This document shows, in pieces, positions 32,949 to 43,800 of a DNA stretch of 64,000 nucleotides. How positions within the stretch are numbered: the stretch's first letter is position 1; each line of letters starts with the position of its first letter. Made by a program: the position numbers and the translations under genes. The DNA comes from a virus. The stretch lies in the IMG/VR virus record IMGVR_UViG_3300045391_004889, positions 1-64,000 of that record. The stretch is one strand, 5' to 3'. The notes under the pieces are model-generated. The model had not been told where the DNA came from, did not search any database, and saw nothing but the letters and a program-made list of their open reading frames with translations.

Positions 32949-34565
32949 GTGAGTGACGGTGCTTCTCTCGCAGAGGTGAAGCTCGCGCGGTTGCGGGAGC
33001 TGAAGCGGCTTCAGAGCGAAGCCGCCGCGATGAAGCAGGGTGTGCGGCAGTACTACCACGACCCAGTGGCGTTCGCGCACGACTGCATCGACTGGCGAGA
33101 GCACGGCCTCACCGCGTACCAAGAAGAGATCATCACCAAGCTGGCGGAGAAGCACCGCGTCTCCGTCCGCGGCCCTCACGGTCTGGGCAAGTCCGCCATC
33201 TCCGCGCTCACGATCCTCTGGTTCGCGATCACGCGAGACGGCACCGGCACCGATTGGAAAGTCGTCACCACCGCTGGTGCCTGGCGGCAGCTGATCAACT
33301 ACCTGTGGCCCGAGGTTCACAAGTGGGCCGGCCGCATCAAGTGGGAGAAGATCCGCGACCGCCCGTTCAGCGGCTCGGAGCTCCTCAACCTGAACCTGCG
33401 GTTGAAGTACGGCAGCGCCTTCGCGGCCGCCGCCTCCAACCCTGCCCTCATCGAGGGCGCCCACGCCGACTCCCTGCTCTTCATCTACGACGAGTCGAAG
33501 GCCATCATGGCCGGTACCTTCGACGCGTGCGAGGGTGCCTTCTCCGGCACCGGTGAGTCGTACGCGATGGCGCTCTCCACCCCCGGCCCACCCCAGGGCC
33601 GGTTCTACGACATCCAATCTCGCAAGCCTGGCTACGAGGACTGGTTCGTCAAGCACGTCACCCTGGAAGAGTCCATGGCGGCGAACCGCATCTCCGCTCA
33701 GTGGGCGGAGCAGCGCAAGCTGCAGTGGGGTGAACACTCCGCTCTCTACCAGAACCGCGTGCTCGGCGAGTTCTACGCCGGTGAGGAAGACTCCGTCATC
33801 CCGCTCAGCTGGGTTGAGGCGGCCGTCGAACGCTGGCACGAGTGGGATGAGAACGGCCGGCTGGATCCGGGTGTGCCTCACACCGTGGGTGTCGACGTCG
33901 CTCGCAGTGGCACCGACAAGACGTGTATGGCGGTCCGCTGGGGACACGTCATCACCGAGGTGCGGTCGTACACTCACAACGACACGATGACCACCACCGG
34001 TCGCGTTCAGAACCTGCTGGAGAACGACCCGGCTGCGACCGCCATCGTCGACGTCGTCGGCGTCGGCGCGGGTGTGGTTGACCGGCTTCGTGAAACGGGT
34101 GCCAGGGTCCAGCCCTTCAACGCCTCCGCACGCAGTCGCAACCGAGACCGCACCGGTGAGCTGGGCTTCATCAACACACGAGCCGCCTCCTGGTGGAACC
34201 TGCGAGAGCAGCTCGACCCAACCTTCCGTCCGATCATCTGTCTGCCACCTGACGACGACCTGCTCGGTGACCTCACGGCCCCGAAGGCAGGCGAACCACA
34301 GTCAGGTGGTAAGCTGAAGATCGAGTCCAAGGACGACATCAAGAAGCGTATCGGTCGTTCCACCGACCGAGCTGACGCCGTCGTCCAGGCCTTCTGGACT
34401 GAGGTGGGCAACTGGCACAGCGCCTACGGCACCGCGACGTGTTTCCACTGCAACGCAGGGTTCGTCTTGCGGGTCAACGGCGTCGACCGTACCGAGTGCC
34501 CACACTGCGGGAACTCTCTCGAGGACCCGGAGGACGAGATCACAGAGGAAGAAGAGCCCGCGTGA
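32949..34565 (+). CDS. terL: Terminase large subunit
   Basis: Walker A-like RGPHGLGKS, Walker B FIYDES, STP motif, nuclease VGVDVAR...DRADA; C-terminal Zn ribbon. Confidence 0.92.
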   Translation: MSDGASLAEVKLARLRELKRLQSEAAAMKQGVRQYYHDPVAFAHDCIDWREHGLTAYQEEIITKLAEKHRVSVRGPHGLGKSAISALTILWFAITRDGTGTDWKVVTTAGAWRQLINYLWPEVHKWAGRIKWEKIRDRPFSGSELLNLNLRLKYGSAFAAAASNPALIEGAHADSLLFIYDESKAIMAGTFDACEGAFSGTGESYAMALSTPGPPQGRFYDIQSRKPGYEDWFVKHVTLEESMAANRISAQWAEQRKLQWGEHSALYQNRVLGEFYAGEEDSVIPLSWVEAAVERWHEWDENGRLDPGVPHTVGVDVARSGTDKTCMAVRWGHVITEVRSYTHNDTMTTTGRVQNLLENDPAATAIVDVVGVGAGVVDRLRETGARVQPFNASARSRNRDRTGELGFINTRAASWWNLREQLDPTFRPIICLPPDDDLLGDLTAPKAGEPQSGGKLKIESKDDIKKRIGRSTDRADAVVQAFWTEVGNWHSAYGTATCFHCNAGFVLRVNGVDRTECPHCGNSLEDPEDEITEEEEPA

Positions 34566-34970
34566 ACAGCTACAGCATCACCTACTGGGTGCCCGGTTCC
34601 ACCGGGACGCCCAGCATCCTGAGCGTGAACGCGGCGGAGTTCGCCTTCACGGAGACCCACGCACTCTTCATGGATGACAGCCGCAAGGTCGTTCTGGCAC
34701 TGCCACTCACGCTGCAGCCGATGATCCGCTTCGTCGGACCGGCCGCGTGAAGGCCGCCAAGCACGATCTCGCGGAGAAGCCGTTCATCGGTACCCCACGC
34801 CCGCTTCCGCGAGCGCTGTTGTGCCACGTCCCGAAGGGACCTGGCGGACGTTGGTGCGGACGGTCCTGGACTGCCAACACCATGGTGGAGTACCATGAAC
34901 TTCTGAGGAAGCGTGAGGTCCATCAGCGACTGTGCGCTACCCTCGAAACGCCGCTGGCTTAGGAGCCAAC

Positions 34971-35246
34971 GTGTCTGACGATGAACTCACGCCTGAACAG
35001 AAGGCGGATGCGCGCGCCATCTTCGAGGGCACTTCAGAGCGAAGTGCCTGCCACTTCTGCGCCGGGATCCACTCCTTTGTGGCTGGTCTCCCGGACGCTC
35101 GTCAGCCCTGTCCCAGGGTGAAGCGAATCGAGTGGCATCCCGACGGCACGGTACTGAACGTGGAGTACTGGCCACCGGGGCGATGGGAAGCTGACGTGAT
35201 CTTCCCCGCCGACGCCTATGACGACGACGGTGAGGTAAGCGAGTGA
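34971..35246 (+). CDS. Small Cys/His protein
   Basis: CHFCAGIH...CPRVK; SD AGGAG. Confidence 0.65.
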   Translation: MSDDELTPEQKADARAIFEGTSERSACHFCAGIHSFVAGLPDARQPCPRVKRIEWHPDGTVLNVEYWPPGRWEADVIFPADAYDDDGEVSE

Positions 35247-35546
35247 AGTTCGTGTGCGACTCCTCGATGGAGCGTGGCATGGCCGTCTTGCTCGCTCTGA
35301 ACCCGGTCACCAAGACCGAGGTCAAGCTCAACCCGCCCTTCCTCTGGGACACCAGGGAACAGCTCGACGAGTTCTCTCGTCGCTTCGAGTCTTACTGCGA
35401 AGCGGCGTGGGAGTTTGCCAAGCTGGACGTCAACGAGGTCAACGTCTCATCTTGGCCCGATCATCAGCCAGCGACGGTGGTCGGCGGCGAACCCGTCGCT
35501 GATGGCCTCGCGAGCGACGAGCCCGCGTCTGGGTAAGGGTGATGAC

Positions 35547-38195
35547 ATGACCAACGGGACGCTGAGCGCAATGGCCGAAGGCGACCCTACCCCCGAGGAT
35601 GACACCAGCAAGGGTTTCTCTGCCGGGTCCGAGTGGACCAACACGGCAACCGGAGAGACCTTTACCTGCGTGGATGCCTCACTCACCGACGCAACCTGGC
35701 AGCCTCTGACCCCGCCAGCCGATGTGTCCCCGATCCCGATGGTTCCCTCAAGGGTCGTGTCCGAGGCGGTTGCAAACGCCGTTCGTCCACGTCCTACCTT
35801 CTCCGGCACCTTTGAGGCGTCCGGAGACTACGCGGTTACCGTCGACAACATGTCGAGTGGCATGCTTCGCTCGGCAGTTGACCCCGGCCTCACGGCCGAT
35901 GCGCCCACTCCATCTGATGGAAAGGATGGTGAAATGGCGGACAACCTCGGTGTTGCGGCACCGGTGCTCCCCGTCGTCACCACCGTCGACCGATGCGCAC
36001 CCGCGCCATACTGGCGCGAGAGCGACAACGACGACGCACTCATCGCGGATGGCTTCCAGCACGTGCTGCGAGGCCAGACGGACATCAACAACAACGTTGG
36101 TGCCACCGGACAGCGGGGCCTCATGGGCCAGCGCATCACGGATGGCCTGGTCACGAGCGGCACCGACGCGGTGCTCCACGGCCAGGCCGGCATCAACGAG
36201 AACGTCGGCTCCACGGGGCAGCGCCTCCTGGTCGGCCAGAACCACATCAACGAGAACGTGGGTGCCACGGGCCAGCGGGTCATCGCCGGCCAGCGCATCA
36301 CCGACGCCGAGCTCGGTGCTGGGTTCCAGAACACCTCGAACGGTCAGCGTCACACCGACGGCCTGGTGACCAGCGGGGTCAACCACCTCAGCAACGAGCA
36401 CATGGAGCTCGCCGAGGGCCAGCGGTTCACGGACCGCGCGGTTCAGGACGGGACCCAGGCCGGCCTCACCGGTCAGCGCTTCACCGACGCTCGCGTCGCG
36501 GACGGCGTGCACGGTCTCAGCCGTCAGATCAACCAGGACGCCATGTTCCTGGACGCGGAGGCCAACCGCAACGCGCAGTACCTGGGCAACCAGATGGCGC
36601 GCGGTCACGAGCAGCTCCTGGCCGGCCAGGACGCGACCGACCGCAACGTCGACGCCAACGGTCGCTGGCTGAGTGACGGTCAGCGTTTCACCGACGCCAA
36701 CGTCAACGGCAACGCTCGCTGGCTCGACCGCAACATCGACGACGTGGACCGCGACGTCAACCGCGGCTTCCGTGAGACCGAGCGTGGTCAGCGCCTGACT
36801 GACGACCGCGTCAACGACAGCGCACGTTGGGTGGAGCGCGGTCAGCACGACCTGCACCGCCACCTGGGCGAGGTGGACCGTCACCTCGACCGTGAGATCG
36901 ACGACGTCGATGACAACGTCAGCGACTCCGCTCGCTGGCTGCACACCGGTCAGGACAGCAACGCTCGCTGGCTCCACAGCGGACAGGACGCCAACGCCTG
37001 GCGTCTGGCCCAGCAGGCTGGCGCCGACACGCGCTACCTCGACGGCAACATCGACGCCGGTCGTCGCGAGACCGCTCACGGCTTCGGCCACACGAACGAG
37101 CACCTCGCGAACGCTGAGCGTCGCATCGAGAACCGCATCGCCGACAAGGTGCACCACGTCGGTGAGGAACTCGCGGAGGGCCAGGGCGACCTCGGCCGTC
37201 AGATCGTGGACTCCGAGCGCCGCGTCGAGGGCCGCCTGGCCCACAACGCGGAGGAGAACGCGGAGGCCTTCGGCGAGACCAACCGGCACCTCTCGGACTC
37301 CGAGCGTCGTCTGGGCAACAACGCCCGTGACAACGCCCGCGAGACGCAGCTGCGGCTCGCCGACGCCGAGCGTCGCATCGAGCACCAGGCTGACATGTCT
37401 GAGCTGCGTGAGACGAAGAACCTGGACGACGCGGAGCGCCGTCTCCACGGTCAGATCCAGCACAACGTCTCACACAACCTCGAGGAGATCGCGGAGCAGG
37501 TCGGCGACTTCGAGCGTCGCACCGCTTCCGACTTCCGTGACACCGAGCGTCGCCTCGACAACCGCATCGACGCCTCCGAGCGTCGGGTGGAGGGTGTCGT
37601 TCGTCACAACCTCGAGGAGCTCTCAGAGCAGCTCAGCGACCACGACCGTCGCGCTTCCGAGCGTCTGGCGGAGCTCGCGTGTGAGGTCGGCCGTGAGGGC
37701 GACCGCACCCGTGGCCTGGTCGAGAAGACGGACCTCGAGACCCGTCTCTACCTGCGTGACCGCGAGGACCGCACGCACGACCTGGTGCGCACCCTGGCGG
37801 ACCGCAACCTGGTGGAGATGCAGCGCTTCGAGCGTCGCTCTCGTGACGACGAGGACGCCACGCGTGCTCTCATCCGTCACGAGGCGGAGGAGCGTCACGA
37901 GCGCAACTTCGCTCTCGGCCTGGCGCGTGAGACCCGTCTGCAGAACCGCGTGGACCTGCTCGAGGCACTCGAGTGCCGCGACCGCCGTGACTGGGACCGT
38001 GACCGTCACCACCGCAGCGGCATCAACTTCAACCCGAACATCAACGTTCACATCGATGACGTGATGGACGACCGCAACTTCCAGGCTCAGGCGCAGCGTC
38101 AGCGGCAGTTCGACCCGAACGTCCGCCTGCGCAACGTCGGCAACACGAGCGCGGTCGGCGGCTTCCGGGGCGACGACCCCGGCATGACGGTCTGA
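35547..38195 (+). CDS. Long repetitive coiled-coil protein (D/R/N/H/E-rich); alternative start at 35934
   Basis: Repeats such as GQxxTD, NARWL, ERR(I/L/V)E; strong codon bias from 35934. Confidence 0.8.
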   Translation: MTNGTLSAMAEGDPTPEDDTSKGFSAGSEWTNTATGETFTCVDASLTDATWQPLTPPADVSPIPMVPSRVVSEAVANAVRPRPTFSGTFEASGDYAVTVDNMSSGMLRSAVDPGLTADAPTPSDGKDGEMADNLGVAAPVLPVVTTVDRCAPAPYWRESDNDDALIADGFQHVLRGQTDINNNVGATGQRGLMGQRITDGLVTSGTDAVLHGQAGINENVGSTGQRLLVGQNHINENVGATGQRVIAGQRITDAELGAGFQNTSNGQRHTDGLVTSGVNHLSNEHMELAEGQRFTDRAVQDGTQAGLTGQRFTDARVADGVHGLSRQINQDAMFLDAEANRNAQYLGNQMARGHEQLLAGQDATDRNVDANGRWLSDGQRFTDANVNGNARWLDRNIDDVDRDVNRGFRETERGQRLTDDRVNDSARWVERGQHDLHRHLGEVDRHLDREIDDVDDNVSDSARWLHTGQDSNARWLHSGQDANAWRLAQQAGADTRYLDGNIDAGRRETAHGFGHTNEHLANAERRIENRIADKVHHVGEELAEGQGDLGRQIVDSERRVEGRLAHNAEENAEAFGETNRHLSDSERRLGNNARDNARETQLRLADAERRIEHQADMSELRETKNLDDAERRLHGQIQHNVSHNLEEIAEQVGDFERRTASDFRDTERRLDNRIDASERRVEGVVRHNLEELSEQLSDHDRRASERLAELACEVGREGDRTRGLVEKTDLETRLYLRDREDRTHDLVRTLADRNLVEMQRFERRSRDDEDATRALIRHEAEERHERNFALGLARETRLQNRVDLLEALECRDRRDWDRDRHHRSGINFNPNINVHIDDVMDDRNFQAQAQRQRQFDPNVRLRNVGNTSAVGGFRGDDPGMTV

Positions 38196-38207
38196 GGCCG
38201 GTGACCC

Positions 38208-38555
38208 GTGCCTCTGACCACTCACGTCGCGTTCAGCTCCACCAACAGCACGTTCGTCCCCAGTGACACGTGGGTTTCTCTGATTGGTGGTCCCGCATCC
38301 ATCATCGGGCTGAGCTTCCCCCTGCAGCTGCAGGGCTACGTGCTCAACCTGACCGAGAACGACCGTCTGCGGTTCGTGATCGACGGCATGGAGGTCGTCA
38401 AGGCGCCGCCGGAGTACGGGCTGCTGTACATCACGCAGCCTCTGCTCGGCCCGCACACGGTCGACTTCCAGGCCATCGCAGGACCAAGTGAGGACCAGGT
38501 TCAGGCCGGCCCTCGCGGGTTCACCGCGATCGACCTCGGCCTGGTCGTGCCGTAA
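38208..38555 (+). CDS. Beta-rich hypothetical protein
   Basis: ORF in the late operon. Confidence 0.65.
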   Translation: MPLTTHVAFSSTNSTFVPSDTWVSLIGGPASIIGLSFPLQLQGYVLNLTENDRLRFVIDGMEVVKAPPEYGLLYITQPLLGPHTVDFQAIAGPSEDQVQAGPRGFTAIDLGLVVP

Positions 38556-38626
38556 CCAGTAGTACCTGAGCGCGGGTGGCCTCGGTCACCCGCGCTCAGC
38601 CATCTGACGTGAGTGGAGGTGACGCA

Positions 38627-38998
38627 GTGGCGCTACTGCCGAACAACTACACCATCGTGACCGCGATGGACTCGCAGTGGTCCGGGGTGTTCACGGTCAC
38701 CAACGACGACGGCAGTCTTACCGATCTCACCAACAAGACCTTCGAGTTCGTGATCAGAAACCGTCTCGGTTCCGTCGGTACGGTACTGGCCTCGGTTAAC
38801 AACACAGCCGGCGCGGCCAACGGGACGATCGTCGTGGATCTCACGAAGTCCACGGTGGAGGTTATCCTCAACCCGGTGGCCGTCAACACGGTCACCAACG
38901 GCGGGGCGCCGTACACTCTCTGGATGGACCCCAGCTTGTCGGACGCGACCGCTCTGGTCACCGGCACCATCTACGTCAACCCAGTAGCCACGCCGTAA
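38627..38998 (+). CDS. Beta-sandwich virion protein (BppU-like)
   Basis: SD GGAGG; TDLTNKTFEFVIR...LVTGTIYVNP. Confidence 0.65.
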   Translation: MALLPNNYTIVTAMDSQWSGVFTVTNDDGSLTDLTNKTFEFVIRNRLGSVGTVLASVNNTAGAANGTIVVDLTKSTVEVILNPVAVNTVTNGGAPYTLWMDPSLSDATALVTGTIYVNPVATP

Positions 38999-39007
38999 GG
39001 AGGGCAC

Positions 39008-40819
39008 GTGGTCAACGTCACGGTTACGACGGCTGGTACGTCGGGACCACGCGGCACCGGCTGGCTGAACGGCACCACGACGCCGAGTGACTCTCTCGGG
39101 TTCGACGGTGACTTCTACCTGAACGACAGCAACCCGAACTCCCCGGTGTACTACGGTCCGAAGACCGCAGGCACCTGGACGGGCCACGGACCATACAGCT
39201 TCGGCACCGGCGTTTCTCAGTCGTGGGTCTTCGACGTTGTGGAGACATACGGCGCCAAGGGTGACGGTACCGAGGTTCACGACGGTGCGATGTTGAACAA
39301 CAGCACCACCCTGACGTGCGCCTCCGGCCCATTTGCGAATGCAGTTCCCGGCATGCCGATCGCCGTGAAGAACGCCGGCGCCTCGGCACCCACGACCCTG
39401 GTCACTACCATTGCGACTCGCATCAGCAACACGCAAGTAACGCTGAACGCACCCAACGCCTCTGGTGTTGATCAGACCAACCTGCAAGTTCAGTTCGGCA
39501 CCGACGACACGGTGGCCTTCCGCAACGCAGTCAACGACGCGGTAGAGTACGCTCAAGCGCACGGTGGCTTGGCCAAGGTCTTCATCCCGGCGGCCAGTAG
39601 CTTCTACGTGATCGCAGGCGCGCTGCAGACGGGTGGATCCACCCTCGGTAACGCGCAGATCCCGCTGCCGATCATTCCTGCGGCCGACAACAAGGTCACG
39701 CTGATCTTCGAGGGTGCGGGCAACGCGGCCGCGTTCCAGCACTGGCAGCAGACCGTTACCCAGCGTTCAGGCTCCACCCTGGTGAGCTTCGGCGTCTACG
39801 CGAACTCCACCGCGCAAAGCAACGACATCAACACGAACGGCAACCCGTCGGTCATCGGTGGTCCGACGACCGCTCACGGCTACGGTGCCTCCGCGCTCTT
39901 CAGCAACATGTACGTCGTGTTCAAGGACGTCGCCATTCGCACGACGTACAGCAACGGTGGCCTCACCTGGGGTGCCGGTGATCTCTACGGATGTGCGGAG
40001 GGAAGCCTCCAGAACTTCACGTATGGTGGCTGTGGCCAGGTGCAGAACGGCGACTTCGCCAACACGAACACCTTCTCCGCCGGTCTCTCCGTCGGCTTTC
40101 TCATGCCGGCCAACGGCAACAACGACAACTGCTGGGTCAGCAACGTCAGCTGTCAAGGTGGCTACACCTACGCGATGTTCATCTCTGAGCACTTCGTGGC
40201 TGATCGCCTGGGGATCCTCTACTCGTGGACCGCGATGGCGATCATCGGCACGTACGGGGGCTCGTTCGGCGCGTCTCACGCGATCAACCTCGGCCAGGTC
40301 TCCATCGAGTCCTGCAGCAAGCTGATCAACGTGTTGGGTGCCGGTCAGGGTGGACAGGGTCCGTGGGTGTACGGCGTGATCGACGTGGAAGGTTCACTCA
40401 GCCTGATTGACAACGGCAGCGGTGGTCTCAACGCTTTGCTGGGTGAGGTGACCCTGGCCGGTCTCACCAACCCGAGCAACTTTGATCTGCAGCACCCCAC
40501 GGGACTGAAGATCATCAACGGGTTGCAGGGATACGTGGCAAATGTTCACGCCTCAGACTACACAGTCACCGTACTTGATGATACGATCTTGGTAGACGCG
40601 AGTGCGGGAGCGGTGACCATCACGCTCATCAGCGCCGCGTGGACGCCGAACGTGTATCACGTGAAGAAGATCGACTCCAGCAGCAACGCGGTCGCCGTGG
40701 CCGCCGCGAGTGGCGAACTCATCGACGGAGCTGCCACTCAGTCTCTGGTTGCGCAGTGGGATCACACGACGGTGGCTCCAGCCAGGGTCAGTTCCGTGTG
40801 GGGCTGGTACCAGATCTAA
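39008..40819 (+). CDS. Fibre/spike protein with pectate-lyase-like beta-helix
   Basis: GPRGTGWLNG..P....G.DGDFYL; YGAKGDG...DDTVAFRNAV. Confidence 0.75.
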   Translation: MVNVTVTTAGTSGPRGTGWLNGTTTPSDSLGFDGDFYLNDSNPNSPVYYGPKTAGTWTGHGPYSFGTGVSQSWVFDVVETYGAKGDGTEVHDGAMLNNSTTLTCASGPFANAVPGMPIAVKNAGASAPTTLVTTIATRISNTQVTLNAPNASGVDQTNLQVQFGTDDTVAFRNAVNDAVEYAQAHGGLAKVFIPAASSFYVIAGALQTGGSTLGNAQIPLPIIPAADNKVTLIFEGAGNAAAFQHWQQTVTQRSGSTLVSFGVYANSTAQSNDINTNGNPSVIGGPTTAHGYGASALFSNMYVVFKDVAIRTTYSNGGLTWGAGDLYGCAEGSLQNFTYGGCGQVQNGDFANTNTFSAGLSVGFLMPANGNNDNCWVSNVSCQGGYTYAMFISEHFVADRLGILYSWTAMAIIGTYGGSFGASHAINLGQVSIESCSKLINVLGAGQGGQGPWVYGVIDVEGSLSLIDNGSGGLNALLGEVTLAGLTNPSNFDLQHPTGLKIINGLQGYVANVHASDYTVTVLDDTILVDASAGAVTITLISAAWTPNVYHVKKIDSSSNAVAVAAASGELIDGAATQSLVAQWDHTTVAPARVSSVWGWYQI

Positions 40820-40836
40820 GAAGGACGGGAGGGAAC

Positions 40837-43800
40837 GTGGCGTCACGAGGCTCCATCATCAGCGGCGCCAAGCACATCCCGGGAGGCGCACGTCCGACAC
40901 CTGCCCCACAGGGCAGCGGACCGAACTTCGGGCAGATGTCGCCGCTGAGCGCGCAGCTCGACACCGGTGGCTCCACCGGTAACGGTTGGGCGTACACGTA
41001 CGGTGGGTTCCTGCCACGTCCCACCGAGGACTTCACCGAGGGCGCCTTCGGTCCCTTCAGCCCGATCCTCCCCGTCCCGGTCGACGCCCCACCTCCGGGT
41101 GCTGAGCGTGCTGAGCCGAGGCGCGAGGAGTACCGGGTTGGCTGGAACCTCCCAGTCGGTCAGCCGGGCACTGAGGGTCTCAAGCTGGCAGACTTCAGCA
41201 CCCTGCGTACCCTGGCTGACCTGTACTCCGTGGCGCGTGCGTGCATCCAGCTCCGCAAGGCGGAGATCCGCGGTCTCGAGTGGGACATCATGCCCACGCA
41301 CGACGCCGCGAAGAAGATGCGCAACGACCACAAGGCCACGGCCGACTTCAACGAGCGTCGCGTCAAGGCCATCAAGTTCTTCAAGCACCCTGACCCGGAC
41401 TACTTCAGCTGGAACTCGTGGCTGGATGCGGTGCTCGAAGAGATCTTCGTCTTCGACGCGCTCTCCATCCTCATGCGCCCGAAGTGGTCCAAGGGCACCG
41501 GCAAGGGACTGCTCGGCAGCGACCTGGACAGTCTCGCGTTGATCAGCGGCCCGACCATCCGGCCGCTGTATGACATCAACGGCTCGTATCCGCGGCCACC
41601 CGCACCGGCGTACCAGCAGTACCTGTACGGGGTGCCACGCACCGACCTCATGTCGATGATCACTCAGCGTGACATCGACGAGGCCGGTCTCAAGGGCTCG
41701 GAGATGAAGCAGTTCCGCGGTGACCAGCTGCTGTATCTCCCGATGACGCCTCGTCGGTGGACGCCATACGGCTTCCCGCCCATCGAGCGCGCTCTCATCC
41801 CGGTGATGTCCGGCCTCCAGAAGCAGGGCTACCAGCTCGACTTCTTCCGAGAGGGTTCCATTCCCGGGCTGTTCGTGTCACCTGGTGGCACGAACCAGAA
41901 CATGACGCCCAACCAGATCCGTGAGCTGCAGGACGCGCTCAACGCCATCGCGGGTGACCCCGCCTGGAAGCACAAGATCATCGTGCTGCCGGCGGACTCC
42001 AAGGTGATGCCGCAGAAGCCGGCTGAGATCGCGGACCAGTTCGACGAGATCGTGATGAGCCAGGTCTGCATGGCCTTCGACATCCAGCCGATGGAGATCG
42101 GCATCATGCCGAAGGTCTCCACCAGCGTCTCACCCGGCGCCGCCAACCAGATGTCGAAGGCCAGCCAGAACATCCACGAGCGCAAGGCCACCAAGCCGAT
42201 GCTCACGTTCCTGGCTGACATCATGAACGGTGTCCTTCACAACGTGGCTCACCAGGACGACATGCGGTTCGTCTTCGAAGGCACGATGGAGGAGGAAGAC
42301 GAGGAGACGAAGACCAAGCGTCTCGTCCTGCAGATCGGCGCCGGTCTCCGCTCCATCGACGAGGGCCGCGAGGAGCTCAACCTGCAGCCGTGGGGTCTCC
42401 CCGAGACCAGCGACCCAGGGTGGGCCACCCCGAACGGCTGGGTGCCGCTGGTGGAGGCCACCGAGGCACGTCAGACCGGCTGGATGACCGGCAACTTGTT
42501 GGAGCTGCCGGAGGGCGAGCCTCGTGCGACGGCCACGCTTCCCGGTGCGGCTCCCGCACCTGGTCAGCCGGCTCAGCCTGGCGCCGCAGCCGCCTCAGCG
42601 AACGGCGCGCAGCCACGCATCAACCCGGTCATGAGCGGACGCCCCGCCGCGATGGCGAGCGGACGCGGCAACGCCGCCCCGTCGCCTGGTCACAGCGGAG
42701 CCAGCGCAGCTGCGAGCGGCGGCAAGGCCCCGGCCAAGAAGGCACCCGTCAAGAAGGCGACGGCCGGCAAGATGCGCGCCATCGAGTCGGAACTCAGCGC
42801 GTTGGCTCGTCACGTGCGGAAGGGACGGCTGATCTCCAGCTGGACCCCACGGCACGTTGACAATCACATGCTGGCTCGCGTCGCCGAGAACGTGGCCAAG
42901 GGCATGATCATCGAAGACGCCATCGAGGTCGTGAAGGCGTCGCGTCGGGTCGGGCTCAACGGTCAGATCTTCGAGGAGACGCCACCCAACACGCCTCAGG
43001 TGCCGATGTTCGACGCCGCGGGCGGTGGTGCTCGGGTTTTTCCACCACACGACGTAGATGACATCCCGGTTGAGGGTGAGGGTCGCGTCAACCGCGGGGT
43101 GGAGGTGCCAGGCGGTGTGCCTGGCTCAACCGCAGGCGGGGAACCACCACGGTGGGCGCCCGCTGAGGGAACCTCGAGCGGCAACACCTTCAGTGAGCCA
43201 CGCTCACGCCGGGACGTCACCCCCGAGGACGGAGATGACGCTGAGGCGCCCTCCCACCGAGGGCGCCCGGAGCACCAGGACGGTGGGCCACGAGGCTCTC
43301 AGAACGGCACCTGGCCCCGCGGTGGGCACGGTACGGGGCAAGCTGGCGGCGACAGTCCACCGGGTACCGTGAAGGGTGTCGTGGGTGGCGCACCCGCCGC
43401 GGAGGTTCGTGCCGTGATGCTGCGCAACTTCCCCGCGGAGGCGATCGCGTGGGTGGATGACGCGAGTTGGACCATGCAGCTCGTGCCGCTTCACGACGTC
43501 GACTTCGACAACGAGGACAGCTGGGCGGCACACCACCAACCTGATAAGGTCCGTCACTTCGCGGCGCAGATCGAGGCCGGTAACCCACCGCGTCCGGCGA
43601 TCATGGTCAAGACGCCGATCCATCATCGCTTGCGGATCGTGGATGGTCATCACCGCGCGTTGGCGTACCGCTCCCTCGGGAAGCCGGTGCCGGCATACGT
43701 GGGTACCATCGAAGATCCAACCGACATGCGGTGGTCAGAGACGCACTCCTCCCAGCTGCATCAGGGGAGTGACCCGGCCAACAAGGGTGAGGGTGGCATG

